A stretch of 64,000 bases of DNA from an uncultured bacterium (GCA_963749445.1 CAVVMJ010000005.1:98915-162914); one strand, 5' to 3'. Numbered from the stretch's first letter, positions 1 to 10,675 are shown. Program-made: numbers and translations. Notes: generated by a model not told the origin, from the sequence alone.

Positions 1-2417
1 AAAACTCATCTGTACTGAAATATTGCAGATGTTTTTTTGTTATTTGTAAATCTTCGATTTTCGGGATTAGTACCGCTACTGAACCATCCATTATTGAGTT
101 ATTGGGTAAGAATGTTGCCCGTGGGTTATAGGAAAGATTGGGAACCAAAACAGCATTATTATTATTTAGGAATTTAGCAATAGCAAACGAATCAATGTTA
201 TTTATATATGAATCATAACCTTTAATGTCTACGACTCCCTGATTAACAATGTTTCTTGACTTCAGAACCCTAATTTTCCCCTCACTTGATGTATGCTTTT
301 TTGTTATTTGACGGTCACGGTAAGCCTTAAAAATATTAAACTTTAATTTTTTAGCTACTTTATCAAAAAAGTTTTCCCTATATATTAACCAGCAAGGGAA
401 TTCTTTTGAAAATATATAATCCTGCCTCTTACTTTCTATCTTATTATTTATAAGGGATTCTATCTTGATAAAATTATCTAGAGGTATTTTTTTTGTTTCA
501 AAAAGTATGCTTATAGTTTCAATTTTGACGCCTTTAAAGCCTTTTTCCCCGTAGTCAAAAATTTTATTAAATTTATATTGAGATAAAAGCTCTCTGGTCT
601 TATTAAATTCTGGGGCGGAAAGTAGGCTTTTTGGAGTAATTAAAGCAACAAAAGAGCCAAGTTTGTTAGCTTTTTCAATAAAGAAAGAGAATAAGTTATT
701 TGTATCTTGATTAAAAGATTGGGATTTATATTTGATGGACAAATTTTTGTCAGTAACCTTGCCGAATGGAGGATTACCCACAACTATGTCATAAGTTTCT
801 TTAAAATCATGCAATAAAAAATCATCATTTATAAAATTTATTTTAATATTTTCCGGTATACTTATTTTTTTTAACAAAACTTTTAAAGACTTTAAAACTT
901 CATTGTCAATATCTACAACATCAATTTCAACTTTTGGAACGCCAGAGTATTTTTTTATAAGGCAAGGCAAAAAATTACCCATACCCACTGATGGCTCAAG
1001 TATTTTTAGATATTCAAATTTATCAGCATCTGGTAAATCTTTAATTAGGGAATAGCAAATATCTTGCCTTGTATAATAAGCAGCCGTTTTTAGCCTTTGA
1101 GCGTTTGCTAATTCATAAATTCGTGAAAGTTGCGAGTAAGAATAAGCGTCCAAATTTTTAATTAGGAATTCATTTAGGTTACCATTATTAAGCAAGCTAT
1201 TTTGCTCTATAATCTTATTTATCTCTTGCTCTGAAAAATTAGCATTAATCAATGCAGTTTTTATATTTTGTGCTAATTGCCTAAAAATGATAGTAGGAAC
1301 AGCTTCACCAAGACATTGTCTTATGTTCATTTCTTCAGAATAGAGATATTTTTTCTTAGATTTTTCATCTAATTTATTTAGTTCCGGGTAATTTTTTTCC
1401 GACCACTTAAAATCATCGGGAATAGACATAAGCCTCATTAATTCCCTTATACTAAATACCCTATTATCTTTTGGGTGCACAGTTACCTGACTGGCTAAAA
1501 TATCGTTTCTCGTATGTACGCAAGGACCGACTTTATCCCAATAGGCACGAGTATACTTGTCGCCATTTTTATTTGTATTGGATACAATTTTCCCGTCAAT
1601 GATTTGGTGGGGTCTCTTTTTAGGATCTTCGTTATCAAATGCTGACTGACCCTCTTTGGTGTCTTTAATCCAATCCAACATTTTTTCTGTATATGGCCTA
1701 AAGTTATGGTAGATATCTTTGTCCCAGATTTCTCCCATATTATTTAAAGATGGTAAATCGCCGATAACTTCCCTAACAGTTCGTTCCTTAGTAAGAGAGG
1801 GTAATATTTCATATGGATTAACATCAGACTGGTCTTTTCTAACTCCAATCACAAGAGTCCTAGTCCTGCTAGATGGATTTCCGTATTCCTTAAAATTTAA
1901 AACTTTGTAAATAATATTATACGTTTCATCCAAATTGTTACCGATGGCTTCCTTAATACTTTTGTCTTTGCCGTCTATATCCGTACAAATAGTATTTAGA
2001 AAAGCTCTAACATTTTCAAGAATAAAAAATTTAGGATTAATTTCTTTTATTAATTTTAGCGACTCAATAACTAAAGAATTTCTGCCAAGCTCATTTTTTT
2101 TCTTATGATTTGCCACTGACATTCCTTGACAGGGAGGGGTCGCTATAATTACATCAATATCCTTGATGTTTTCTTTTTCTTTCCATAGAGTCAATTCCTT
2201 ATAGATTTTATTTTTAACCTCAGACAATATTAAATCACCAGAAATATAACCTGTGTCATATTTGCATTTCTGGTTGTGCTTTTGCACATTTAGCCTTTTT
2301 TCTATCAGTTCTGAGGTGGCAACACAGCCAAAACCCTCAAGCTTGAAGCCATAACAGCCCACGCCCGCACTACTAAATAGGCTTATATATGTTAATTTTT
2401 GTTTCTTTTGTAGCATA
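1..2417 (-). CDS. Fused DNA methyltransferase: N-terminal C5-cytosine MTase domain plus C-terminal gamma-class N6-adenine MTase domain (type IIS/IIG-style M subunit); C-terminus runs off window start
   Basis: Hand translation of the minus strand from ATG 2415-2417 gives MLQKKQKLTYISLFSSAGVGCYGFK (motif I) and ATPPCQGMS (PCQ, motif IV). It continues through FFILENVRAFL (ENV, motif VI), RTLVIGVRKD, TRNDILASQ and RQCLGEAVP (motif X). The second domain shows AAYYTRQDI and LEPSVGMGNFLP (N6A motifs X and I) then VVGNPPFGK (NPPF motif IV). The frame stays open to position 1. It is absent from the ORF track because it is incomplete. Region is about 30% GC versus about 50% elsewhere. Confidence 0.8.
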
Positions 2418-2676
2418 ATAACTCCTTTCAATTATAGATGATTTATGAGTTTTTTGGAAGGAGTGGACTATCGTTCACCTTTATATTATAAATTATAATC
2501 TTAATATTGCAAAATTCACAAAAACCCTTTAAAATTAAGTAAATTTGTATAAATATTTAAGTTATACACACCCCACTGAGGGGCTTTTTTATCTATGCCA
2601 CACAGGTTCGGACGTCGTTCAGGAGGCCGAGCCACAAAAGTCGCCATTTAGGCGGTTTTTTGGTAAGATAAAGTAT

Positions 2677-3066
2677 ATGGCACAAAAGATAAATAAATTC
2701 ATTTATTGGACGCCAAGAATTCTGTCAATAATATTTATATGTTTTTTGGCGTTATTTTCGTTTGATGTGATTACTCCTGAATTAAGTTTTTGGCAGATAG
2801 CCGTTGGATTGTTTATGCACAATATCTCGGTATTTATTTTATTGGCTGCCCTGATAATATCCTGGAAACATGAGATTGTCGGAGGAATCGTTTTTATTTT
2901 AGCGGGATTACTGTACATTATTTTTGCGGTACAACGTGCGCCCGGATGGCATATGGTCTTGATTTGGAGCCTAATGATTGCCGGCCCCGCGTTTTTTATA
3001 GGAATTCTATTTATTATTAATTGGCGCAAAAAACGAAATAATCATAATGATGTTTCCGTAAAATAG
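2677..3066 (+). CDS. small integral membrane protein (about 4 TM helices); ORF track start 2545 is probably too far upstream
   Basis: Track ORF 2545..3066. Hydrophobic stretches ILSIIFICFLALFSF, ISVFILLAALIISW, IVFILAGLLYIIF and LIWSLMIAGPAFFIGILFII. A hairpin plus T-run at about 2566-2600 lies inside the 5' extension. Confidence 0.45.
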   Translation: MAQKINKFIYWTPRILSIIFICFLALFSFDVITPELSFWQIAVGLFMHNISVFILLAALIISWKHEIVGGIVFILAGLLYIIFAVQRAPGWHMVLIWSLMIAGPAFFIGILFIINWRKKRNNHNDVSVK

Positions 3067-3166
3067 GTTCTAATGCCGTCCACGATGCTGAAAGATTTGC
3101 CTAAGATAGTTATGCGGAATTGCGGGGATCAGGGGTAATCAAACTTCGTTAGTCCGCACCATGCCT

Positions 3167-3213
3167 TAGAAGCGCTTCGTTTGGTCCTATTCCACTCGAA
3201 GCGCTTCTTTTTT
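3167..3213 (+). terminator. rho-independent terminator after membrane-protein gene
   Basis: agaagcgcttcg ... cgaagcgcttct perfect 12-bp stem followed by TTTTTTGT. Confidence 0.6.
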
Positions 3214-3232
3214 GTAAACTTAAAATTTTTTG

Positions 3233-3275
3233 GCAAAACAAAAGCCGTTCGATGTCCGCGAGGATCACCGAACGG
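3233..3275 (-). terminator. rho-independent terminator for minus-strand gene 3332..4219
   Basis: On minus strand the stem GCCGTTCG...CGAACGGC is followed by TTTTGTTTTG. Confidence 0.5.
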
Positions 3276-3331
3276 CCTGTGGCTGCCAAAGCAGGCCACT
3301 AATGCGAGTCTGTGCGGGCAGGAGAAAGGTG

Positions 3332-4219
3332 TCATCTGGTTCTCGGTTTGTCGGAGAACCAGAACATATTGGGGATTGTCTGGCACTCTCCGTCCTCGAA
3401 ACAGAGCACCACATCAGCGGGATGCTGTGGACCGTTATAGTCCGGCCCCACCACCGCGTCTACGACGAACACCAGCTCGCCATCCTGGTTGGTGGTGACG
3501 GGTCCCTGTTGCCACCAGTACCAGGGGTTGCCCACAAATGTGTGAACAACTCTGTTAGGTGGAAGATTTCCTAACAGCTTGGCCGAAGAGGTAGTTTCGT
3601 TAATCGGGAAAGTCTGCACCCCCGACACAAAATGCAACCCTTTTCCGCTTGGCCCTGTCCGATTGAGGAAAACCCGCGAAACAAGAGGCTGCTGAAGCAG
3701 GCGTCCGCCTTCTGCGTCCACAATTGAGACTTCCACAACATACTCGCCGTACTTCTGGTTTCCGTACCGGTTGAACTGGTAGGACAAAAGCGTCACCAGT
3801 TCGAACCCACCAAAACCTCCCTTATAAAAACCCCAGGAACCGTTGTCTGGCTCGAAGTACAAAGGCTGGACGCTCCCGTCGTAATAGCCGTTGTCCCCGG
3901 GCAGCAAAACCTGCCCGTAAATTTGGGCGTTGATGGCAAGGCCGATGGTGCCTTGCACAAAGATCAGTCTCGGCACCATCGTGTCGCCAACCTCAAAGGC
4001 TTGTTTGCCGGTGTAGAGATACGCCAAGAAATGCGTGTCCGGCGCTGAAACGCCAGCTCCCCGCGCATTAATGCTGTAGGCGGGATGCGCGGTGTAAAAC
4101 TCCTGCGCACTTTGGCGACGAGGCCGGATCATGGGGTCCAACCTCGTTTGGGCGCTGACCAGCACGGCGGCGGCCAGCAGAATCGCGGCGAGCGCCGCTA
4201 GGAACTTTGCGTTCTTCAT
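3332..4219 (-). CDS. secreted hypothetical protein (signal peptide MKNAKFLAALAAILLAAAVLVSAQ)
   Basis: 295-aa ORF with N-terminal signal peptide. No recognisable catalytic motif. Confidence 0.55.
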   Translation of the reverse strand: MKNAKFLAALAAILLAAAVLVSAQTRLDPMIRPRRQSAQEFYTAHPAYSINARGAGVSAPDTHFLAYLYTGKQAFEVGDTMVPRLIFVQGTIGLAINAQIYGQVLLPGDNGYYDGSVQPLYFEPDNGSWGFYKGGFGGFELVTLLSYQFNRYGNQKYGEYVVEVSIVDAEGGRLLQQPLVSRVFLNRTGPSGKGLHFVSGVQTFPINETTSSAKLLGNLPPNRVVHTFVGNPWYWWQQGPVTTNQDGELVFVVDAVVGPDYNGPQHPADVVLCFEDGECQTIPNMFWFSDKPRTR

Positions 4220-4811
4220 CGAGTTTCCTCCAATCCAAAAATTCCACTAAATCCTACCCGCACGTCATATGCAGGCACTACAAGTCCGCGGAGGCCGTTC
4301 ACGATTGCCCCCGGAAAATTGAATACTTTCACCTGTCATTCTGAACCCCGCATCAAGTACGGGGCAAGCTTGTTTCAGAACCCATTCATTGGATTCCGGA
4401 TAGCCCGCGTCCTGACATATCGGGGCTTGTGGCGTCCGGAATGACAAAAAAATCCAAATCTCCGGGGGTAAAACCTCACTCTTCCCTTTTTACCCCGACT
4501 TAATGCCGGGGCTTAAAATCCTCCTCTGTAAAAAATGTTTAAAATCCCACAGCCCACAATTTGGGATTATGGGTTGTAATTATACAACATTTATTTACCT
4601 TTATCAAGGCTCGTGTCACCTATGTATCCCATCTTTTGCAGGCTCACTAAATAAGAAAACATAATTTCTGGTCTGGACAAATTCTGGGATTTTGGTATGC
4701 TGTATAGTCTCACTGTCAACAAGGATTTGCCGAAATTGTGATTCCGTCAATTCTCTGCTGAAAGGCGGAAAAGAGCCAAACCCAAAGGGCTCTCTTGTCA
4801 GGAGGAAAAAG

Positions 4812-6743
4812 ATGAAACATCTGTTAGGTTTGATTGCCTGGATGTTCGTCTACATCCTGGCAATGCCGCCTGCTTTGGCGCAAGAACCGCAGGAGCAGCT
4901 CTGCACCTATAACCTGGGTGCCGGTTGGTTGTTTCCGAAGGGTGTGTATGCCATCGCTCTTCATGACGGCTGGGGACCGCGAACTGCGGAATGTATCGCC
5001 GAACTGAAACGGCGAAACATAACCGCGTCTTTGTTCCAAAACTCTTGCCATTACTTTGGCGAGATCGCGGATTCGCGTTCCGTGAACTGCAAAGGGGTGG
5101 GAAATGTATCCCTGGATCTCCTCAAGGAGCCTGCAGCTGCCCATCAGTTTCTGGGCGACCACGGCGCTAACCATCTGGTTCTGTCAGCCATCCCGCTGGC
5201 AGACGCGCTCAACGAAATTAGGAGGCCGATAGAACTGTTCGGTCCCTATGTGGGCGCGGATAATCCATTCCTATTTACGCCCCCGGGTTGGGTGTGGAAT
5301 GCGGGGCTGGCTAATGCGGCCAACAGCGATCCCGAAATTAGCGGAAAGCTGCAAGGACCGGTCGGAGATGAGTACGACGGTTCTGGTTATATCGGATCGG
5401 TTTACATCCCGAATGATCAGATCTGCATGACGAAGTACAGCGTCCAGCAATGCGCCAAGTTGTTTTTTGACGCCATGGCCGCCGCCAACCACGGCGGGAT
5501 TATAGTCATTCATGACTTTAATCCTTACGCCCCAAACCCTTGGGATCCAACGGATCCCAAAAGCGGGTATGCGTTGGATCTTTTGGTGGCAATTTTGGAC
5601 GGCTGCGCGCAGGCTGTGGGTCAAACATGCACCTTTGTCCGTCCTGATGCCATTCCCGGCATCCGCGGCAGCATGTCAGTGACCTCACTCGGAATAATAT
5701 CAGACCCGCTTGACAACTTTTCGGACAAGATCGCCCCTGTCGTTGTGGGCGATCTTAACCACGACGGCCGTCAAGATGTTCTTGTTGCCCGCAATGACGG
5801 TATGTATTGCGGCATCACGGCTACGAACGGCAGGCAGTACCGGCTTTATCAATGCTTGGCGTTCAGCGGTCCAAGCATGATAGCCGGTCACTATTGGCTG
5901 GCGGATGTGGATGGAGACAGCCTTCCCTATTTGGTTTGGCTTAATAACGAGCAGGGAATGCTCGGAGCCAAGTGGGACGGAGACAGGCATTTCGGAGCAG
6001 TCCGGTTGATCTCGGGTCACTTTGCGGCCAAGTATGGGTGGAACAGCCAAACTTACAACGACACCATCCGTTTTGGCGTTGTGAGAAAAGGTGTTCTGCC
6101 CGACGTTGTGGCCATGACCGCAAGGGGAGTCGCAATTGCCCCCAACAGCGGGCATGGGACATTTGATACGCCGGTGTTAATCCCGGCACTGGGTTATGAC
6201 CCGACGAATCAAGACTGGACGCCGGAGCAAGCCGCTCATAACTTGATGCTCGCCAATCTTAACGGAAACGGCTTGTTAGGTGTTGTCATTCCGGGTTCAA
6301 CTGTTTTGCTCTATGCACAGAACCTGGGCGGCAACGGCTTCGCCGCGTTCCGGCCCCTAGTTACAACCGACGGGTTTAGTTACTGGAACAACCCGTCCGG
6401 CGGCTATTGGACTGCATTCAACACAACCGTGATTAAAGGCCACCCAGCCATCGTAGGTTGGGCGCCAAACGGCTTTGCCTACTCCGGCATCGCCACCGTC
6501 CGCCGTCAGTCTGCACGCACGCCCGCGCAAGTCGCGACCGACAAGGTCGGTTGGATCTGCAACGATTGCTTCGTCAGCTTGCCGGGCTGGCTGGTTGCCT
6601 GGCGGCTGGCTGGCGTCAATCTGACCCCGGAAGTCGGTTTTGCCGACTTTACTGGGAACGGCTCCCCCCAACCGTATGTGTTGTGGACAGGTGGGCTCTA
6701 CACCGCTGACATGCCCCCATCAACCACTTCGCAGATCAAATAA
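4812..6743 (+). CDS. secreted protein with NodB-like polysaccharide-deacetylase-like N-terminal region and FG-GAP/VCBS-type repeats
   Basis: Start at MKHLLGLIAWMFVYILAMPPALA preceded by the RBS aggaggaaaaag (track ORF starts further upstream at 4692). Motifs ALHDGWGP and IIVIHDF. Repeats VVGDLNHDGRQDVLVARNDG and LANLNGNGLLGVVIPG. Confidence 0.5.
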   Translation: MKHLLGLIAWMFVYILAMPPALAQEPQEQLCTYNLGAGWLFPKGVYAIALHDGWGPRTAECIAELKRRNITASLFQNSCHYFGEIADSRSVNCKGVGNVSLDLLKEPAAAHQFLGDHGANHLVLSAIPLADALNEIRRPIELFGPYVGADNPFLFTPPGWVWNAGLANAANSDPEISGKLQGPVGDEYDGSGYIGSVYIPNDQICMTKYSVQQCAKLFFDAMAAANHGGIIVIHDFNPYAPNPWDPTDPKSGYALDLLVAILDGCAQAVGQTCTFVRPDAIPGIRGSMSVTSLGIISDPLDNFSDKIAPVVVGDLNHDGRQDVLVARNDGMYCGITATNGRQYRLYQCLAFSGPSMIAGHYWLADVDGDSLPYLVWLNNEQGMLGAKWDGDRHFGAVRLISGHFAAKYGWNSQTYNDTIRFGVVRKGVLPDVVAMTARGVAIAPNSGHGTFDTPVLIPALGYDPTNQDWTPEQAAHNLMLANLNGNGLLGVVIPGSTVLLYAQNLGGNGFAAFRPLVTTDGFSYWNNPSGGYWTAFNTTVIKGHPAIVGWAPNGFAYSGIATVRRQSARTPAQVATDKVGWICNDCFVSLPGWLVAWRLAGVNLTPEVGFADFTGNGSPQPYVLWTGGLYTADMPPSTTSQIK

Positions 6744-6786
6744 CCCGCCGGATGCACACAGCAAGCAACCGGCGGGGCTTTTTATA
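6744..6786 (+). terminator. rho-independent terminator
   Basis: cccgccgg...ccggcggg stem then CTTTTTAT immediately after stop 6743. Confidence 0.6.
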
Positions 6787-6892
6787 ATACGAAAAAAAAG
6801 AAACAACGCCCAGTCAAAGACGTTTATTATTACATAGCGCGCCATATTAAGCATTAAGAAAGGAGAATAAATAAAAGAAAGGGGTGAGAAAT

Positions 6893-7186
6893 ATGATTAT
6901 CGTGCATGATATTTTTGTCTGTAAGCCGGGTAACGCCTCCAAGGCCGCGAAACTGTTCAAGGAAATGATGGCCACAAACAAAGAGACGGTTAACATTATG
7001 ACCGACATCACCGGTCAATACCACCGGGTGGTTATGGTTTCCAAATATGACGACCTGGCGGCCTATGGAAAAGCGCTTGAGGCGTATATGAATCCGACCG
7101 AGGAAATGAAAAAAGCCATGGCCAAAATGAGAGACTTCCAGGAGATGTATTTGGGCGGCAGCCGCGAAATTTTTAAGGTTTGGTAA
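6893..7186 (+). CDS. small hypothetical cytoplasmic protein
   Basis: Track ORF 6884..7186. RBS aaaggggtgag upstream of the ATG at 6893. Sequence MIIVHDIFVCKPGN... Confidence 0.45.
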   Translation: MIIVHDIFVCKPGNASKAAKLFKEMMATNKETVNIMTDITGQYHRVVMVSKYDDLAAYGKALEAYMNPTEEMKKAMAKMRDFQEMYLGGSREIFKVW

Positions 7187-7344
7187 CGATTGTTATTTAT
7201 TAAAGTTTTTTTGAATTTGCCTATTTTAGCGCCGTTCAGGAGTTCGGGATATTTGAGATGCGGCAAATTGAAGACCGACAGAGGGGCTCCACGGCGTTTG
7301 GTGTCTGCCGGGGATTGTTCTGTCGGTTTTCTGACGGTGGATTG

Positions 7345-7785
7345 CTAGGGGGTTGGCCAGGCGGATTTAGTTTTGCTCCGCGAAACGCCGTTTTGCGGGC
7401 AAAAACGGTGGGCGGAGCCAATTACCCGAGCCAACTCATCGTGAACTACCGGCTCGGATCGCAAAACATCGTGGGCGCCTAAATTCAGCGCTTCCGCCCA
7501 GAGGCGCTCATCCGCAAGCCGGCTGCACACAATAACAGAAGGCCTGGATTCTGTCGTCTTGGCGTGTTCCAGTACTTCTCGCCACGTAGTCCCGTCCCGA
7601 AGATCCTGTTCACAGCAAAGGACTACGGTTATCCCTTTCTCCCTCTTCAGAAGCGCCTTGACTTTCTCAAGGCCAGCAGTCTTGACTATTTTGTGCTTTA
7701 ATTTGCCTTTGCGGAGAGCTTTTCTTATTTCTTGGCAGCTTATCGTCGTCTGTCCAACCAGAAGCATTTTGATTCTATTATCCAT
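7345..7785 (-). CDS. stand-alone receiver(REC)-like domain protein, possibly degenerate
   Basis: MLLVGQ..., VVLCCEQDLRDGTTW and SVIVCS...AHDVLRSEP resemble the CheY-like fold. Not all phospho-acceptor positions are canonical. Confidence 0.4.
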   Translation of the reverse strand: MDNRIKMLLVGQTTISCQEIRKALRKGKLKHKIVKTAGLEKVKALLKREKGITVVLCCEQDLRDGTTWREVLEHAKTTESRPSVIVCSRLADERLWAEALNLGAHDVLRSEPVVHDELARVIGSAHRFCPQNGVSRSKTKSAWPTP

Positions 7786-7886
7786 GCGTATTCCTTATCC
7801 TTCCTCCTGCAACCAAATTTCCATGTAATACGAAATTTTTTGCCTAACGTTTCTTTATTTATCGGCCAGCTCAAATTTTGGCACCA

Positions 7887-7922
7887 TCAAAAAATTCCAT
7901 CTTAAAAGATGGAATTTTTTTG
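7887..7922. terminator. bidirectional hairpin terminator
   Basis: aaaaaattccatctt aaa agatggaattttttt. Confidence 0.5.
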
Positions 7923-7984
7923 TTATCAGCCGCAAATAAGCTGCCGAAAGAATCTAACGTTTTCTTTTTTTGCCTTATGAATAT

Positions 7985-8347
7985 CTAAGCTTGCTTTTCG
8001 GCAAAATTGCCAATGTAGGGAAGTTTGTATTTTTCCCCTTTGTAAGCCTTAATTATCATTACAATCCACAAAATCAGCGAAGCCAGGCTGACTAAGGGGC
8101 TTAACATCGCTCCCAAAAGCGGGAGATAACCCAAAACATAAGATATCACCGTTAAAATGATTGATAAAACTGTGGATTGCATGGCATGGAACCGGACGTA
8201 CTTATTTTTGGAGGTTAAGAAAAAGAACAGGCCGGTGATAAAACCCAAAACATACGACAGCGCGGCTGCGGTGTTCTGGTTTAAGCCATCGGCCACGGGA
8301 GGCGCGGGGCTGATGGGGTTTGGTTGGGGATTGGTTTGGTTATCCAT
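7985..8347 (-). CDS. DUF4870-like small membrane protein
   Basis: Pro-rich N-terminus followed by FHAMQS and hydrophobic helices, as in yhaH/DUF4870-type proteins. Confidence 0.5.
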   Translation of the reverse strand: MDNQTNPQPNPISPAPPVADGLNQNTAAALSYVLGFITGLFFFLTSKNKYVRFHAMQSTVLSIILTVISYVLGYLPLLGAMLSPLVSLASLILWIVMIIKAYKGEKYKLPYIGNFAEKQA

Positions 8348-8640
8348 TTGATTTTGTGTTATTGATAAGATTTCTTGTTTAAACTATAAAGTATTTTGAG
8401 CGGGATGTCAAAAAATGTGCTGCCGGGCTTAGGTTGCTTTTAGGATTTTCGCGATTGATGGGCGCATCAGGGGAAGTCTAAAATAGCAGGATAAAGCCTT
8501 AGCGATATCATTTAACTATTTGGTTGAATGTTATTATAAAAATATTTTCTCTGTCAAGCTGGGTTTTGCGCACTGTAATAAAAATACGCTTTTTGTCCCC
8601 TAACTTCTAACCGTTGAAAAGAAAAGTTGCCAAAGAACGT

Positions 8641-8680
8641 CAAAAACACCCTTTGCTAATAGGTTCAGGGTGTTTTTGTT
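8641..8680. terminator. bidirectional terminator downstream of 8710..9933(-)
   Basis: aaaaacaccct...agggtgtttttgttt. Confidence 0.55.
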
Positions 8681-8709
8681 TGCGGTTTGCTTACGGATTT
8701 ATCAAAGAG

Positions 8710-9933
8710 CTAATTGTCTTTGCCGTTTTTGTTGCCGCTTCCGTTTTGGCTGCTTCCGTTATGCCCATCGCCGCCGCGTGAATTGCCGTCGGATGAAGAG
8801 CCGGAAGAGTTTGCGGAATTGGTGACCGCGGAATGGATGATAACCGCGTTGTCGCTGCCACCGGAAGAACCGCCTCCGGAAGTTGTAATATTAGCGCCGT
8901 CATCGCCGCCGATGTTGCCGGTATTGCCACCGGTATTGCCATGGGAGGAGCCGGAGTCATCGCCGCCAATTTCGTTCCCATCACCGCCGCCATTGCCATT
9001 TTTGCCTTGTTGGTAAATTACCAATTTGCCGTTTTGGACAATGTAGATGGTCGGGTTGCCCTCAAGCTGCACCAGCGTGCCGTTGGGCAATAAGAGAGGC
9101 GTTGAAGGGCTGTTTCCCACATTAATCTGCGTGCTGGTGGCGTTGGCCAAGCCGGTTGATTGGGCGGAGAGCTCAATGACAGCCGGCTGGCTAAAGCTTA
9201 GGCCGGTAAAACCGGATAAGCCCGCGGCATCGGCCATTGTTGTCGTTCCGTTAAGGATGCCAGGGGTGCCGCTGATCAAGACTGAAGAAAGAGTGACGTT
9301 TCTGGCGTTGTCAGCGGTTACCGTATTGCCGAACTGGTCCTCTACGGCAACTTGGGCGGAAAAATTGGAACTTACCGTGGTGGTGGCTGGCGGCTCGGCG
9401 GAAAAACCAAGCATACTGGCCGCTCCGGGAACCTGGGTCAATGTTCCAAAGTTGGTGGAGGAAGCGACGCCGTTAATGCTGCCGGCTGACATGGTGATGT
9501 TGCCTAAAGCCAAAGGCGTGCCGGACGCGGCTTTGACCTTAAGCGGCACTATGGAGCCGACTGTTAAGCTGCCCGGCGCGGTGGAAGTGGAGGTAATGTT
9601 CAGGCTAAAATGCGTGACATCAGGAAAACTCACGGTGGAAGAACTTGCCATAAGGCCGGTTCCGGTGAGGCTGACATTGGCCGAGGAAGCCGTGTCAAAC
9701 ACAAAACCCGAAGGCAATGCCCAGGTTTGAGTTCCGGTGTGGATGTCGCCTGCCGCGTCTTCCGTAACGGTTATCGCCGGCAAGGCGACCGAAGCGCCGG
9801 TCGAGCTGTCGGAAGAAATGCTGGCCGTAGCCGGACTGCTAACTGTGCTCGCGGCTTGCGCGAGCATTCCGCTAAAACCCACTCCGGCAATTAGCGCCAG
9901 AGCGGATCCTATAATGGATATTTTTTTTAACAT
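8710..9933 (-). CDS. secreted surface protein with Gly/Ser/Asn-rich low-complexity C-terminus
   Basis: Signal peptide MLKKISIIGSALALIAGVGFSGMLAQA. C-terminal GGDGNEIGGDDSGSS... Antisense ORFs in this region are spurious. Confidence 0.55.
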   Translation of the reverse strand: MLKKISIIGSALALIAGVGFSGMLAQAASTVSSPATASISSDSSTGASVALPAITVTEDAAGDIHTGTQTWALPSGFVFDTASSANVSLTGTGLMASSSTVSFPDVTHFSLNITSTSTAPGSLTVGSIVPLKVKAASGTPLALGNITMSAGSINGVASSTNFGTLTQVPGAASMLGFSAEPPATTTVSSNFSAQVAVEDQFGNTVTADNARNVTLSSVLISGTPGILNGTTTMADAAGLSGFTGLSFSQPAVIELSAQSTGLANATSTQINVGNSPSTPLLLPNGTLVQLEGNPTIYIVQNGKLVIYQQGKNGNGGGDGNEIGGDDSGSSHGNTGGNTGNIGGDDGANITTSGGGSSGGSDNAVIIHSAVTNSANSSGSSSDGNSRGGDGHNGSSQNGSGNKNGKDN

Positions 9934-10139
9934 ATGCGTATTCTTAATTGTTAATTATCCCTAGCCCTAAATTTGGGTACCGAAATTTGGGTTAGGTAAT
10001 GGGTACAACGCAACAAGAATCATTTTGTTTCAATCCTCGCGGCGGTGAATTTTTTATAAACCAATCAGAAGTATCGCTCATAAGTAAAAGGGATTATACT
10101 TGCCCGGAATGTTTAAAATTTACACTATTGTGGGATGAT

Positions 10140-10200
10140 TTGACAATATAATTTTTTTTTGTTTATTATTTAACCATATGGTTGAATACCATCCAAATTT
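10140..10200 (+). promoter_or_regulatory. putative promoter/operator of arsR-like gene
   Basis: TATAAT at 10147-10152. Perfect 12-bp palindrome AACCATATGGTT at 10172-10183 followed by the partial repeat GAATACCATCC. Confidence 0.3.
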
Positions 10201-10256
10201 TGGTAAAATTGAAAAATTATTTAACGGGGTAAACCTAAGTTCCACCTTTCGGCTCT

Positions 10257-10568
10257 TTGGCAGACCCGACCCGGCGCGACATTTTACAGCGGGTGGCAAA
10301 AAGACAGCTTAGCGTAAGCGAGATAGCGAAAGCCTATAAGCTGACGTTCGCGGCGGTGTCCAAACATCTGAAAGTCCTGGAAAAAGCCGGGCTGGTAACC
10401 AAGCGCAGGCAAGGCAAGCAGCAATATATTCTTTTGGCGCCCGAAGCCCTGCGGCCGCCAAAAAAATATCTGAAGCACTGCCAGATTCTCTGGGAAAGCC
10501 GGCTTCATCCTTTGGCGGCATACCTACCTAACTTGAATCATCCGCATAAAGCTTTAAAGAAAGCTTAG
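10257..10568 (+). CDS. ArsR/SmtB-family HTH transcriptional regulator
   Basis: ADPTRRDILQRVAKRQLSVSEIAKAYKLTFAAVSKHLKVLEKAGLV. Confidence 0.7.
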   Translation: MADPTRRDILQRVAKRQLSVSEIAKAYKLTFAAVSKHLKVLEKAGLVTKRRQGKQQYILLAPEALRPPKKYLKHCQILWESRLHPLAAYLPNLNHPHKALKKA

Positions 10569-10588
10569 GCGGCAAGGGGGAACTAAAT

Positions 10589-10675
10589 ATGAATATTATG
10601 AGCAGCCAGACTGCCGGTAATCGGAAAGTTCTCGTCATAGAGCGCGTTTTTAGCGCGCCGCGCATGCCCGTCTAA
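10589..10675 (+). pseudogene. 28-codon remnant resembling the N-terminus of an SRPBCC/AHSA1-family protein (usual ArsR partner)
   Basis: Strong RBS aagggggaac. Translation MNIMSSQTAGNRKVLVIERVFSAPRMPV then stop. Downstream frames carry fragments (GGREVYQVM) but no intact ORF. Confidence 0.3.

Noticed and set aside
1719-1910. 63-aa plus-strand ORF
   Set aside because: Lies antisense inside the methyltransferase gene, with no RBS
1-2417. Absence of any long track ORF over the AT-rich island suggested recoding (UGA=Gly, code 25)
   Set aside because: Manual translation shows an uninterrupted standard-code frame with canonical MTase motifs. The ORF is simply incomplete at the window edge.
3129-3574. 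Cluster of overlapping small ORFs (3129..3386, 3181..3498, 3230..3574)
   Set aside because: Region is occupied by two terminator hairpins and the 3' end of gene 3332..4219. Compositions are not protein-like.
9047-9730. 227-aa plus-strand ORF
   Set aside because: Antisense to the signal-peptide-bearing surface protein 8710..9933. Open only because of GC-rich, low-complexity codons.
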